Positions 1-12,508 of a stretch of 64,000 bases of DNA are shown in pieces. This DNA is from Porphyridium purpureum. Taxonomy: Eukaryota. Every line of letters begins with the position of its first letter. The first letter of the stretch is position 1. The translations under genes and the position numbers were made by a program. The notes under the pieces are model-generated. The model made no database searches and had not been told where the DNA came from. It was given only the letters and a program-made list of their open reading frames with translations. The stretch covers positions 1,426,001 to 1,490,000 of the forward strand of contig VRMN01000004.1 of NCBI GenBank assembly GCA_008690995.1. Direction: 5' to 3'.

Positions 1-348
1 TGATAAACGTACCATAAGACCAGACCGCTTCGCATTGACTTTGAGCTTCTCGCGCTCGTCCGCATCCACAATATCGATCGAGTACTCGCGCAGCAAGGTG
101 CGATACTCGCTCATCGCGCTCTGCATTCGAACATACTCTTGCAGCGCGCGCTCAGGAGACGAACTCTCCACGTTCCGCGCGAGAAACTCGAACGACATGT
201 GCGAATGCGCCGAAACCTGCTGCTGCAAGACCTGCTGCGTAAGCTCGACACAGCTTTGCGCGCTCCTTTGACTGGCGGCGCGATCTTGCGACTGGCGCAA
301 TGCGCGGCTGGTGCGCAGCGCCGCTCTCAACACCTTCCTCATCGACAT
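1..348 (-). CDS. Partial gene running off the window start; FMC1-like mitochondrial ATP synthase assembly factor
   Basis: Not in the ORF track. Manual translation from ATG at 348 gives MSMRKVLRAALRTSRALR...EYVRMQSAMSEYRTLLREYSIDIVDADEREKLKVNAKRSGLM, open to position 1. The C-terminal pattern resembles FMC1 (LLERY...DEEERVRLTARRVGL); the N-terminus is Arg-rich. Confidence 0.5.
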   Translation of the reverse strand, partial: MSMRKVLRAALRTSRALRQSQDRAASQRSAQSCVELTQQVLQQQVSAHSHMSFEFLARNVESSSPERALQEYVRMQSAMSEYRTLLREYSIDIVDADEREKLKVNAKRSGLMVRLS

Positions 349-654
349 GTTGGTCTCAACCCTGGATAGGCGCTTCTCAGCCTCCTGAAGAACTACGCTT
401 ATTGTACTGCGCGTGCATCAGTGGCGTTCAGTGGCGCGTGAGACTGTGGCCGTCCCGGGAAAAAGTACGAGCAAAGAAATCAAGCAAATGTGCTCGCGTG
501 CCGTGAATCTCGGCACAACCAGAAAGGGAGGGCAGACAAGCGACAAAAGGAGACATTTACATCACCATTTCACAAACTCGACACACAAGGATCGACCCGA
601 TTTCGAACAAAGTCGGAGCAAGATAGCAATCTCTGATTCTCCGCGTAGAAAGCC

Positions 655-3600
655 TCAAGTAAACGCTCTCTCCAATAAAGAAGCAATGGCACCGGTCATC
701 TTCTTGCGTTCCATGTCGGCTTCCAGGCGCAGCGCGTGTTGTTCCGCCGCCTCAGTCACCACGTTCGGAATACCGGCGATCTTTGCGCAATAAATACCCC
801 GCGAATAAGGCGCAGAGCCCTTGATGAGTTTGTACAGGAATGTGATCCTCTGCTCGGCTTCATCGACCTCGGCCGCCATTTGATACTGCGAGACGTGCTT
901 TGCCATTTCCGATGGTAGCGTCTCGCACAGACCGTGATAATGTGTGCTGAAGAGCGCTCGACACTGAAGTCGCTGGATCACGTCTTCGAGCACAGCCCCA
1001 GCTATCGATACCCCATCAAATGTGGATGTACCGCGACCCAATTCGTCCAGAATTAGAAGCGAATGAGGCGAGGCATATTTAAGCATTGCCGCGGTCTCCT
1101 CCATCTCGACCATAAAGGTTGATTGGCCCCTGGTAATTCTGTCAACCGCGCCCAAACGGGTGAAAATGCGGTCGACTGGCGTCAGAGCAAAAGATGAAGC
1201 CGGAACATAGCAGCCAACCTGTGCCATGATTACCGCGAGCGCAATCTGACGCAAGAGCGTGCTTTTGCCGCCCATGTTTGGTCCTGACAAGATCATGACT
1301 CGTGCTTGATGCCCGGTTCCACACCCGCCGACTTTTTCGTCGCAGACACCAAGCGCGACATTATTTGTCACAAATCCGTGCTGCATGCGCAACGCAAGGA
1401 CACAGTGATACAAACCTTCAGCGCGGAGAAACGGACCCTGCGGCTCGAGCTGGCCCAGAGACTTTCCTGAATTTGGATTGACCATGGTGGGCCGACACAT
1501 GTTCTGGTCCAAACTCACCACTGCTAGTGCAAGCAAGGCGTCCATTTCTGCAATGCATGAAGCGACCGACTTCCACAATTCGCCACGCTCCATAAATTTG
1601 GTGATGATTCGGCGGTACGTCTGCTTTTGCACAGCGGCGAGCGTCTCTGACGCTTCCTGCCAGTCCCGTACTAATGCGCGAATATCTGCCGTCCAATAGC
1701 GCGTATCCCCAGATTTTTTGCTTCCTTGCGACATTAGCTGGAAACCATTCAGCTTGTTGCTGTGCTGATGACGCGCAAGCCAACGACCAGGCACTTCGAG
1801 CTGGTATGGCTCCTTTCCGCGGTGGTACCATTTCAGTAGAGGCTCGCCCCACTGCTTTTTCAAGGTATTGAGAATCTGATCGAGGTGAGCTTCCACTTTT
1901 TTCAGTCGATCTGTGGCGGCGTCAAGCTCGACGTCCACGCCTGTCCTCGGAATCAACTCTGGATTCGCTTGTGTGGCCAATGCCCAGTCAAATGCATTTC
2001 CATGCAAATACTCCTCCAGGCTCTGCTGCGCGGTCGCCGGAATGGCGAACCCAGGCCAAAGCAACCATTCGAGCCGCAGCGAACGCCGCCCAGCATCTGC
2101 GCCTGGATTTGGAGTTAAATTATTGGAAGGATGAGTGACGGCAGCATCGGGCCTTGGCGCAGTTGATGGAGGTCCGTCACCGAAAAGATCATCGCGCATA
2201 TCGCGAATGAGCGCAAGCGCGCGGTCCAGTCCTTCCAGCGTTCGCACAAAGTCGCGGACCTTCCTTTCTTGTGAATTGTCAAACATGACAGCGCGGTCCA
2301 CAGTGACTGCTGCCGCCTGCAGTTTAGCAAGACCTCGTTCTAGGTCTGGCAGCTGCTTAAACCGAGCCCGAGTGTTTCGAAACCATACACCGCTCGAGTC
2401 CGCATCGCGACAGAGTATCATGTCGACAGCGTTGAGGCGGTCTGCAACACCCCGCACATCAGCCAGCGGCTGCGCCACCCACTGACGTAGCATACGCCGC
2501 CCGGCGCTGTACACTCCGCGATCGAGGTACTGAATGAGCGAGCCCACCTCACTTCCGTCTTCTCCATTCGAAAGCACCTCGAGATGTGCCAGACACTCCG
2601 CGTCCAGAGTTACACGAGGCGCGTAAATCTGTTTGATGCATTCCTCCAAGGCTGTAGCGGCTTCTTTGTCTCCTGCGCTAGTACCTGCGGCTGCCTCATC
2701 CTGAGCATCATACGACGCGGTGAGCGATTCCTGGGCGCACAATGGGCCAATGTCGGCTCGAGACACAGAGCAAGCAGAATTTGAAAGCGAGGGCTCCAAC
2801 AGGGCAAAAATATTTCCGCCGCTGAAGACTCCTTCCGCAATTTTCAACTCTGAGAGATACGAAAACATCATGCTGAGCGCTTTGGCTGCGGCCGAGCTGA
2901 CCCCGGCCTGTGCGCACGTCCCCGCCATACTTGCGAACGCGGCACTCACGCGCGGGCGAGCCTGCTCGGCAACGCAGGCCGAAACGCGAGATGCTAGTTT
3001 CTTCATCCCTAGGAAAGGCGCTGATGCTTGAATGATTTCAAAGCCACCGCCTCGCGCTCCGAGGCTCAGTTTGGACCGCCGCATGAGGCCATGCACCAGT
3101 GGCGAACGGACATTACTTGTGTCTGGCTCGAGTTGATTGTCTGACGCAACAACGATCTCCAATGGCGATAGGAGCGCCAGTAATCGCTCCAGCTGACTAC
3201 GACGCTTGTCCTCTGGCCACCCCCCGACCAAAATACGTCCTGTCGCAACATCGACGTAGCAAACACCCGTCACTCGATCGTGCAGCACTGGCTGCAGCGA
3301 CAAACTGCCTTCAATGGTCACATGGCTAGGAACCATACCATGTGGTCCATCTGCCTCTTGCTCGGTCACTGCCGTTTCTTCTTCAGCAATAGCAAGAATG
3401 TACCTCGTCTCATGGTCTGAAAGCATTGAAGCTTCGAGAACTGATCCGCGTGTCAGAATTTTCACCAGTGAGCGCTCGCACACGTTCTTGCTCCCAGATT
3501 TTTTGCTAGATTCCAACGCTGACTCTGTCTGCTCGACTCGACCCACCGCGTACCCGTGTTTCAACAGTTCAGCCGCGTGACGATCGAAAGCGGTCTCCGG

Positions 3601-4926
3601 TACGCCGACACAGCGCATATCCACGCGCCCGCCGCCCGTATAGTTCAGACCCAGCAGACTGTGACAAAGATCGGCATCCACATCGTACATCTCGTAAAAC
3701 TTGCCCTTCTTGAAGAAGATAACCACATTGTAGTGCTTCGATTTGACGTCCCAGAACTGCTTCTGATACGGAGTCAGCTTCTCGTAATCTTTCTTTGGTA
3801 TCGATAAAGTTGTCGGATCATACGATGGTTCCGAGGGCCGACGACCTTGCGCGTCACGAACATCCTTGGCCCAGCTGTGATCATGCGACCATTTGGCTTC
3901 GCCGCCTAGAGCCTCAGCACCCAGTGCAGCATCATCACCGTTGCCGAACTTCCCACCCGGAGCCAGCAAAGCGCACTTCTTCTTCCTCTCTTCCGCTGGC
4001 AGAAATTCGGGCTCGACTGAAAATGGATCTGCGAAAGCGCTCTCTGCAAGCGCCGCGCTGTTTCCTAGACCAGGACGTGACCGCATCTCTTCATCACTCT
4101 GCTCTTCATCTGTGCCGTCGTCGAGATCCCGAGCAATGCTAGGTTTTGGGACTGCAGAAACGACCGCACGCCGCGGTCTTTTCACTTGGATTTCTTCGTC
4201 AGAACTGTCGTCCTTCAAATCCTCGTTCTCAGCAAAGTCGGGTTGGTCGACGTGCGGATCGTACGCTTCCGTGTCATCGTCCTCCGACTTGTCTGCATCT
4301 TCCTCTTCATCAGAAGACTGTTCAAAGAGCGGAATTTTGATCGAGGCGGCGCGCCGCTGCTGCCTGTTGGAGAGTTGCGACTCGCCAGTGACAGCCCGGG
4401 ACAGGTGTACGCCCGCCGTTTCATGCCGACGCTCCTCCGGCCTTTTTCCAGTGACCTGGGTCGCCGGAGATGCTGTCTTTTTGCGAGTCACTGCCACGGC
4501 TTCAAGCCTGTCTACCTCTGCAAAAACTTCATCGCATTCCATCTCGTCCGCGCCAAAGTCTGCATCGCTGAAAACAATGGTACGACTGGCTTGGACACGC
4601 GGCTTCTGTTGTTGTGAGTGATAGATTGCACTGCCTCGGCTGGGCTCCGAGGAATTCTGTATCGCCGTGCGCGATGACGAGTCATGAAGAGATCCCGAAT
4701 CCTGCGGGGATATGGGAGTCGTGGTCAGTCCCTGACTTCGGCCGTGTCCAAAAGTAAGAGGGTTTCTGGCCGGTGTCAGGACCGAGCTTACCTTTTGAGG
4801 TGTCGAATTGCCCGTCACGCCCTCCACCCCCTTTGGCTTGCTGAAGAATGAGTGCAGCGTTCCCTGTCGCAAGCCGCCCATACCCATCTCTCCGGGTTTG
4901 GGCGCCACCTGGCGCGACTTGCCCAT
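655..4926 (-). CDS. MSH6: DNA mismatch repair protein MSH6
   Basis: PIP box QGTLHSFF, YDPTTLSIP, mismatch-binding FKKGKFYEMY, Walker A GPNMGGKST, DELGRGTST, FSTHYH; first ATG at 4926. Confidence 0.95.
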   Translation of the reverse strand: MGKSRQVAPKPGEMGMGGLRQGTLHSFFSKPKGVEGVTGNSTPQKVSSVLTPARNPLTFGHGRSQGLTTTPISPQDSGSLHDSSSRTAIQNSSEPSRGSAIYHSQQQKPRVQASRTIVFSDADFGADEMECDEVFAEVDRLEAVAVTRKKTASPATQVTGKRPEERRHETAGVHLSRAVTGESQLSNRQQRRAASIKIPLFEQSSDEEEDADKSEDDDTEAYDPHVDQPDFAENEDLKDDSSDEEIQVKRPRRAVVSAVPKPSIARDLDDGTDEEQSDEEMRSRPGLGNSAALAESAFADPFSVEPEFLPAEERKKKCALLAPGGKFGNGDDAALGAEALGGEAKWSHDHSWAKDVRDAQGRRPSEPSYDPTTLSIPKKDYEKLTPYQKQFWDVKSKHYNVVIFFKKGKFYEMYDVDADLCHSLLGLNYTGGGRVDMRCVGVPETAFDRHAAELLKHGYAVGRVEQTESALESSKKSGSKNVCERSLVKILTRGSVLEASMLSDHETRYILAIAEEETAVTEQEADGPHGMVPSHVTIEGSLSLQPVLHDRVTGVCYVDVATGRILVGGWPEDKRRSQLERLLALLSPLEIVVASDNQLEPDTSNVRSPLVHGLMRRSKLSLGARGGGFEIIQASAPFLGMKKLASRVSACVAEQARPRVSAAFASMAGTCAQAGVSSAAAKALSMMFSYLSELKIAEGVFSGGNIFALLEPSLSNSACSVSRADIGPLCAQESLTASYDAQDEAAAGTSAGDKEAATALEECIKQIYAPRVTLDAECLAHLEVLSNGEDGSEVGSLIQYLDRGVYSAGRRMLRQWVAQPLADVRGVADRLNAVDMILCRDADSSGVWFRNTRARFKQLPDLERGLAKLQAAAVTVDRAVMFDNSQERKVRDFVRTLEGLDRALALIRDMRDDLFGDGPPSTAPRPDAAVTHPSNNLTPNPGADAGRRSLRLEWLLWPGFAIPATAQQSLEEYLHGNAFDWALATQANPELIPRTGVDVELDAATDRLKKVEAHLDQILNTLKKQWGEPLLKWYHRGKEPYQLEVPGRWLARHQHSNKLNGFQLMSQGSKKSGDTRYWTADIRALVRDWQEASETLAAVQKQTYRRIITKFMERGELWKSVASCIAEMDALLALAVVSLDQNMCRPTMVNPNSGKSLGQLEPQGPFLRAEGLYHCVLALRMQHGFVTNNVALGVCDEKVGGCGTGHQARVMILSGPNMGGKSTLLRQIALAVIMAQVGCYVPASSFALTPVDRIFTRLGAVDRITRGQSTFMVEMEETAAMLKYASPHSLLILDELGRGTSTFDGVSIAGAVLEDVIQRLQCRALFSTHYHGLCETLPSEMAKHVSQYQMAAEVDEAEQRITFLYKLIKGSAPYSRGIYCAKIAGIPNVVTEAAEQHALRLEADMERKKMTGAIASLLERAFT

Positions 4927-5787
4927 CGCGAATAGGGCACGACAAGCGATGCACTTCTGCTGGCGCCCAGGGCGTTCAGCGCGGTGCAAATATTATGTAT
5001 GCGTCGAGCAGCTAGGCTCCGAAATACAACCGGCCACTCGCTTCCTCTGCTGACTTGCGCGCTGTCCCGGGCTCGACCCGGATGCAAAACCCACTTTCCT
5101 TGCAGCCGCTCCGCCGCGCGCTGCGTCAAGCCCGGCGCAGAGACACAAGCACACAATGCACCGACGCGCTCGCAGACCCGCATCCACTGCATACAAGCTC
5201 ACTCGATGCCGCGCGCGCCACGTCGGGCCCACCGCAGCGCGCGTTTATGCATGCATTGCGCGCTTGCGCTTTGTGCTTCCCGCACATCGACTGCCGCGCC
5301 AACTTTCTATTCCGGCTGCACTGAACACAAGTTAAAACCACTGTACCATTTTAAATCTTTCGGTTTTGTTAGGGACGATTTTCGCGCTCTTTTTTTTTTC
5401 CTCCCTGGTGAAGTGCCGGAAACGGAAGGCCGCAGGGGCGCGAGCTTTGGCGCCGTTTTCAGTGGAATGCATTGCATTGCAATGAGGCATTCAATGCACT
5501 GTACACGGCCCTAGTGGTGGATGGAGCGGAGCTGTACACCGCCCAGGGGCGCTGTGACCGCCGCGCGGCGACGGTGCGCGAGCATATGCCAAAGCGGGCG
5601 GCAGCGCACAAACCAAACTGAGCGCTAAACGACCGTGTTTTCCTATGAGATGCAGGCAATGGTAGAGAAGAAACATAAAGGCTTGTGCAAAGGGGACGGT
5701 AGAGTCGGCGAGGAGGAAGGGCACAGTTCGCGGCAGCAGGAGAGTAGGTGGACGAAGCAGCGGGGGAGAAACGTCTTACTTGGCATC

Positions 5788-6246
5788 ATGGCCGTTCTCA
5801 TGGATTCGGGAGAGTTCCAACACATCTTGCGAGTGTTGAACACGAATATTCGCGGTGCCGACAAGGTGACGATTGCGCTCACCGCCGTCAAGGGAGTGGG
5901 ACGTCGCTTCTCGAACCTCGTGCTCAAGAAGGCGGATATCGACCTGAACAAGCGCGCAGGAGAACTGTCGAACGAGGAAATTGATCGCATCGTGACCATC
6001 ATCCAGGACCCGGCCGCGTTCAAGATTCCCAACTGGTTCCTCAACAGGCAAAAGAACTTCAAAGACGGAAAGTACTTACAGCTCATCTCCAACAATCTCG
6101 ACGGACAGCTGCGTGAGGATCTGGACAGGCTGCGAAAGATCCGTGCTCATCGTGGTATCCGACACTACATGGGCATTCGCGTCAGAGGTCAGCACACAAA
6201 GACCACGGGCCGACGTGGCAGAACCGTGGGTGTGGTGCGCAAGTAG
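5788..6246 (+). CDS. RPS18: 40S ribosomal protein S18 (uS13)
   Basis: [12 protein letters not shown]...KGVGRRF...[24 protein letters not shown]; start taken at MAVLMD. Confidence 0.97.
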   Translation: MAVLMDSGEFQHILRVLNTNIRGADKVTIALTAVKGVGRRFSNLVLKKADIDLNKRAGELSNEEIDRIVTIIQDPAAFKIPNWFLNRQKNFKDGKYLQLISNNLDGQLREDLDRLRKIRAHRGIRHYMGIRVRGQHTKTTGRRGRTVGVVRK

Positions 6247-6595
6247 ACTGGCGCGCGCCAAAATACTTCCTATCATGCTCGTGGCTACGTTCTAAGCTCG
6301 AGGGCTTTCTCCTCTGTGAACGTGTGAGAGTGAATCGTGCCCTTGGTCTGATGCTTCGACTTGCGCTCATTCCAGATTGGCACGGTGGCTCGTGTATGTA
6401 AAGGAAGAGCGGCCTGTGGGCTTTTGCATGGCGATTGGCAATGTTTGGACATTGAAAGGTACAATAAAAGAAATGACTCTGCGTCTTGCAATGCATACGT
6501 GTATTCCCTTTCACGCTCAAAATCATATCTGGCCTGCGCTGGTTGGTGAAACTCGCTCTGCGCAAACGGCAGAATCATGATCTCCGCCGGCAGTT

Positions 6596-7360
6596 CTATG
6601 CAGAACCCGTCGACTGGCGATGTTCCTTCTTTTCCCTTTTCATCTTCTTCTTGAGCTTGCGCAGCTCCGAGTCAGTCGCTCCAAGTGCGTCCGAATGTCT
6701 GCGTTTCTTTTCAGCTTTTTGTTTGTGACGCACGACAGGCGATCCCTGTCCATGGGTTTGTCCATCGTGGAGCTCTTCTGAACCCGGACCTTCTTCCGAG
6801 AACGCGCCGTGCGATCGCCCTGAACAGAAAGCATGTTCCACCATACGCACCGGCGCATCGTGACTCAGGAGAGTCTTGTGTCGAACATCCAAACGCGCCT
6901 GTTGTGTTGGATACTGCGGCGTGGTCTGGGCGTGCACATCACCTTGCGGTTTCATGAAAGTGTAGCTCGCCGCGGCAAGTGGGTCCTCTGAGTTGACCAG
7001 TCGAAGCACGTGCTCAATGCGCGGCCCGGCTACCCACGCCTCGCCGTCGAATGCGTACACGCGTGCATGTTTCGTATCAAGAGCAGAAACGCGCGCGTTC
7101 AGAGACAATGAATCAGCACCGGACGCGTGCCCGGCATCTGTTGTGTCAGCACAAGAAGGATGCGCCACGCACAATATCCGCCCGTCAAGGCTTTTGAGAG
7201 CAGAGGCCCCGCTACGCGTTCGGTTGTACTGGATGAGCGCGAATTGCTTGTGCGGGCCGTCCGGCTGCAGCGCCCTGAGCAATGCTTTGCTGCAGCTCGA
7301 TGCGCCCGACTTGGCTGCTACGGAGGAGGCGACGTGTGCGCGCCGCGGCTCCGAGGCCAT
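6596..7360 (-). CDS. Hypothetical protein with Lys-rich tail, possibly RNA polymerase I subunit RPA34-like
   Basis: Long ORF with first ATG at 7360 and a basic C-terminus (KKRRH...KLKKKMKREKK). KQFALIQY weakly resembles the RPA34 'LWLIQAP' motif. Confidence 0.4.
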   Translation of the reverse strand: MASEPRRAHVASSVAAKSGASSCSKALLRALQPDGPHKQFALIQYNRTRSGASALKSLDGRILCVAHPSCADTTDAGHASGADSLSLNARVSALDTKHARVYAFDGEAWVAGPRIEHVLRLVNSEDPLAAASYTFMKPQGDVHAQTTPQYPTQQARLDVRHKTLLSHDAPVRMVEHAFCSGRSHGAFSEEGPGSEELHDGQTHGQGSPVVRHKQKAEKKRRHSDALGATDSELRKLKKKMKREKKEHRQSTGSA

Positions 7361-7677
7361 GACCAAAGCTGGTCGATTGACCGCGGGGCTCCCGGCGGCG
7401 GAAATGCTTCCGCTGATCGATGGATAAACCACAACACAAGAGATGGGTGTACAGTTTAGATGTACATAACTTTATTAGGTCGATTGCCAAAGTGCTTATG
7501 CGCCAGGCCACTTCGGAACCGCACGAGTACAAGAGGTCAAAATACAATACAAGAAAACACGCGCGAGGTGCGACGACACGCAGCTCTGCATCCCACACAC
7601 GCACGCAAAAATGCGTGAGAATATCTAATCCCAAGAGTACAAACTGGTAAATGCACCATCATTCACAAAGGCGATAT

Positions 7678-7880
7678 TCAGCTCTGTTGCTCCTTTGAAT
7701 AACGCATCGATGATGTCTGTCCGGTGACGCCAACGTCCACAGCAGGCACACGCCCGTGCCCTGAGTGCTCCCCGAAACTCTCCGATGAAGCACGAAAATC
7801 CATCCAGCCATCGATCGAGAACTCAAGGTCTGCCGCCGCAGCAAAACGAGCTTCATTTTCCACCGCGCTGCCCGCAAACG

Positions 7881-7912
<32 letters not shown>

Positions 7913-10900
7913 TGCTGTTGCTGCTGTTGCTGGTGCTGGTGCTGGAAAAACGGATTCCCAGTGGCATGCTCAAGGAGCCTGCTGGTCTGACTTGCATGCC
8001 TATGATGTGGATGCTGTCGTTGCTGTTGAAATTGATTACGATGATCATGGGGCTGTTGCTGGACGGAAACATTCTGCATGCCATACGCCAGTGCAGACTG
8101 AGAATTCACCATCCCCACATCCCCACATCCCATCTGAGACGTATGAGGTGCTCCTGAGCCGCTCTGGTGCATCACAAGCGCTTGCGATGCCAAATTACCA
8201 GGAGCTTGGTAAATATTTTTCGGCATCCGTTTCATTATTTTGGTCTGGATGCGCTTACCATACGGCGAGGAACGAAGCGCCGGCAAGTGCGGATAGATGG
8301 CTTCACACAGGACCTCAAGTTGTGGAGAGGCCGCCACTGACAATGCCCTTTGTACCACGTAGTTCCCATATGCGTCAAAAAGAAGGCGTCCAATCACATC
8401 CTGAGAAACAATCAGCTCCGATATCAAATGATCACGGATATCGGGGGGTGCTTGCTCGAGACATTTCTCGATAACATTGGAAGAGAACTTCTGCATGGAC
8501 AACTCCGCAAGATTTCCTTGCAGCTGGTGGATGATCGGGATGGTGTACACCGGTTGTGCCAAGTCGAGTACATACTGCACAACATAATTCCCAAACGCAT
8601 TTTGGACCAGTGGGAGCGAGTTCAACGTGACTTCCTGCACAATCTGATCTCGCTGGTACGGCGTCGCATAGTCCATGCATCGCTGCATGACGCAACATCC
8701 ATGCCTGTGCGTGGCCAGTTCAAAGCAATTTCGTGCCACGGCATCGTACACAAACTGGTTGTTTTGGCTACTCATACGCTGCAGACAGCGCTGAACAACG
8801 TGGTTCCCGTTCACATCTTTCATCAGAAAAACAGTGCTCGGCGCAAGTGCGCGAATAACCGCTGAAACCTGCTCCGGGGCGGAGAGGCATTCCACCATCC
8901 GCTGCACAGCTCGCGTGCCATGCATATTGGCACTGACGCGCGCAAGGGCGGGTCCACATTTGCGCACAAGCGCAAGGCGCTGCGTATCCGAGCAAAACTC
9001 AAACAGCTTCTGACACAAGTAGTTGCCGAATGGATCCGTCATCAAATCAACGACACTGTCAAAAATTTCGTCAAACACTGAATCCACTATGTACGCCGAA
9101 CCTTCCTCCAGCTTGGTCTGCAGAAAACGGCAACCGTGTTGATCCCTTGCCAGCTCTACGACTCGACCAATCACTTCTGAAAAGCTGGTCAGTTTCGGCG
9201 CAATGCCAACCCCGCTCCCACCTACATGCTGCATGAGATTCGGATGCTGCGACTGGAACTGGAATTCCATCCCTGGTAGGGGGTGCACGCCCGCTGTTGA
9301 AGCATGCGACGAGTAATGCTGCGCCATGACCCCGGCTTGATGATGCTGATGAGGGTGGTGCACTTTGGACGCACCGTAGCCATTCACATGTTGCATTGAG
9401 TACCTTGGCTGGTGCTGCTGCTGCTGTTGGTGTTCCTGTTGATGGTGCTGCTGGTGATGATGATGATGATGATGCTGAGAATACGGGCGCATTCCACCTC
9501 CACCGCTAGAGCTTCCTCTTCTCGCGTACCCACCAGACATATTCGACGGGCCCGTGCGCGAATGGTGGTGGTGCTGCTGGTACTGATGCACCTGCTGCTC
9601 ATGATGCGTATGGTGACGATGTGCTACCGATCGTTCTGAGCCCATCTGGTTGTACATGGAGTACGTCTCCGCTTCATGGGGTGGATATTCCAACTCCTTG
9701 CTTGTGGCCGCTGAAGACCCGGGCATGAACCCTAACCCAAGTCCAGGGGCTTTTCCGTAGTTCGGAGGGTCAAGCTGGTCCACCAAAAACGGCGCATGTG
9801 AGGGCGACAGACTGGGGCCTCCTCCAAGTCCCCACTGCGCATTCCCAAAGGGCCCAATGAAATCAATCGCCGTCGAACCACCGCTAAGAGACGCAAACGC
9901 CGACGAAATACTTTCGTGTTGTAGTTGCCCAGCACTATTACCACTGACACCATGGCTACCAACAAGCCCGTGATGTGGCAGCTTGTTGGAGTGCGGGTCC
10001 AATTCGAGAGATGAAACGGCCAGGTTTGCAGAGGGTGCGTTCGCAAGCTTCAGTTGCTCCACGTCATTCCATAACATTTTCACTCGGTCCGCAGAAGGCT
10101 GCTGCGTGTTACTGTGGCTGGTAGGACCTTCATCCGCATGAGAGACGGAGCCTCCCTGACGTGCATGCCGATACGCATGGTCGCCAGCTAAACGCGAAGT
10201 CACCACATTTCCATGTGACGTGAGCGTCGACTTTTGGAGTACCGAGTCGCGCCTCTTTGCGCGCAGCTCGTGTGTCCGTGGAGTCGCGACTTCATCCCCT
10301 TCATCCTCACTGGCGAGATGCTCACGATACATCGTGAGAGAGTCAAGAAGCAGCTGGCTACTGCGCGAGTCTTCTCGAAAGTCCAGACCAAAGTCGTCCT
10401 TTGACAAATTGGAGTAGCTGGATACCGGCCGCATCTTTCTGGATTCCCGAAAAATGAGGTCTTCGACAGAGGCGTCCGAGTCTATGCGGCGCAGGACTGA
10501 ATCATCCAGCACCGCAGAGAGCAGCGGGTTCGATGGGACCTTTTTCCCGAACACGGCCTCTCCGTTAAACTGGCCTGCAAATGCCTTCCGCAGCGCTTCG
10601 GAACCCCCGTGTTCATCTGGCGCCACGTGATTGGAGCTCGAAGTGGAAGAGGCTCCCATTCGCCACGCAAACATGTCTGGCGTCGTCGCAGGAGGTACTG
10701 ATCGACCAGGCGTGCTGTCCAGGTCACGACCACCTTGAGTCGTCTGGTTGACGTTTTCCGCAGTGGCCAGGTCGAGCAGGTTTGCAAGCCGGTTCTGATC
10801 CAGGTGATCATGTGCATCAGCCAGGGCACCCGCGCGTCCATCCGCTGGCCTCGGCTTCGAATCCACTTTCGAGGCGTACGAGGGTCTGTCTCCAGGAGTG

Positions 10901-11142
10901 TCTACGTCTGAAACCGGTACGTCCTGGTGGTTGGTCGTCGCCAATGCCGGCTTGCCCACATGCGACTCTGCCCTCGCGCCCGACGCGGTACCGATCAATT
11001 CTGGGGCTGCATCGAGGGCTTCATGGCTTGATGACGAGCGCTCAACCGTGTGCGTTCCCTCACTGCTGGACAATGGGGCCTTTTTCGGAGCAGCAATGTC
11101 TGCCCATGTTTTTGTTACAGTCATGTTCCCAGGATCACTCAT
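7678..11142 (-). CDS. Pumilio/PUF-family RNA-binding protein
   Basis: Eight PUF repeats (DQHGCRFLQ, DPFGNYLCQ, NMHGTRAVQ, DVNGNHVVQ, HRHGCCVMQ, NAFGNYVVQ, QKFSSNVIE, DAYGNYVVQ) with His/Gln-rich disordered flanks. Confidence 0.95.
7882..7944 (-). repeat. (CAG/CAA)n trinucleotide repeat encoding polyglutamine in the PUF protein
   Basis: (CTG)n run on the + strand; QHQHQQQQQQQQQQQQQQQQQ in the protein. Confidence 0.9.
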
Positions 11143-12508
11143 CTTTGACGTCTATAGCAGAGCGACAGCGTGTTCTCTGTTCTCCGCGGGAGCTCAAGGC
11201 CACGACCCCGTAAACGCCGCTCAAGCAAATAAATATATACAGTGGAGCACGTACACAGGCGCTCCGGACAGTATTCTTACAGTTCGAGTACACCAGGATT
11301 ACAATACAACAGGAAAAACAGAGCGGCAACGGAAACAATCTGTGTGCTACGGCACGGGCGCAGGCATGGCGGAATGATCTCCCGTCGCCTCACGACCACG
11401 ACCACGACCACGGCCTCGCGGGGCCACGACGCATGCACAGCTTACACCCACGTGTGCCACTGCAAGTGCGCGCAAGCCCTCAGTCGGCGCTCGCGAATGG
11501 AGACCGCTCAAGCCGCCGATGCGCACCTTTCGCTCCGCTCGCTCGCCGCATGCACACCTGCATGCGCGTGCTCGATACCCCGCGTCTCGCCGTGCACCGG
11601 CGGTGCATGCAGTGCTCTGCGCACCCCCCGCCCTTTCCCACTGAGCCCCTCGCCTCTCCCCGCCCCCCTTACGCGTGCGCCTTATCCAGCACTCTTTCTC
11701 TCTCCCACCCCCGCTGCAAAACCCACGTCCCCACCCCCGCTGCAAACCCACGTCCCCGTCTTCGAACAACCACGCAGGCACACTGTTTAGCGACTGCGCG
11801 CGACAAATCTCTCTATCGAATCCCGACACCAATGTGGCGGTGCTAGTTGCTGCTATTGTTCGTATTGTTTTCCAGCCTCGCGCAAAAAGACCGACTGGCA
11901 TGCCCCCCGCGCGCGCGTTCCTAATAAAGCAGTGGCGACCTGCTAGGAACAGCTACCGCAGCAAGCCGCACGCAGCACGCAGCGCGCAGCGGCACGCCAT
12001 TGTGGGACACCTATCAAATCTCTCTGGAAAATGGGCACGTGCGCGCTTGTCTTCGCGCGTGCGTCTCGCTCCGTCTTTCGCCCAAAACGCGCGCTCGGTC
12101 GTGGCGCTCCTATGAAAACATGCCCGAAAACGCACGCGTCTGTGTTTACCCTCAGCTTCTCTCTCCACTCGGTTCAAAGCGACAGCCTTTCACTCACGCG
12201 CTCCGTCCGTGGCTCAGCTGGAATGAGCGATCCGCTGTACCTCCGTGTCTGTGGCCGTGTCTGTGGCCCTCAACCTAACTGCAGGCTCCAGTCACTTCCA
12301 GGGTCGGTCCAACCGGCGAGCTGGGGATGCCCATGTCATGCGTGCTCGGTCGCTCACCGCAGTGCCGCGCCGTGCGGCGCGTGCCGAGCTGTACTGAACG
12401 CGCGTGCATGTTTGACTCGGACAGGTTGCGAGTGCGGGGAGGTGGGGGGGGTGAAGGGACAGAGGGGATTGTGTGCGGTTGCGTTTCGGAACTCTCGCCT
12501 CGGCAAAC

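Noticed and set aside
5465..5500. TGCA/ATTGC-rich quasi-palindrome upstream of RPS18
   Set aside because: Short and low-complexity; no ncRNA fold or second copy identified.
11242..12500. ORFs between Pumilio and RPLP1
   Set aside because: C-rich and purine-pyrimidine-alternating promoter sequence with no protein-like signal.
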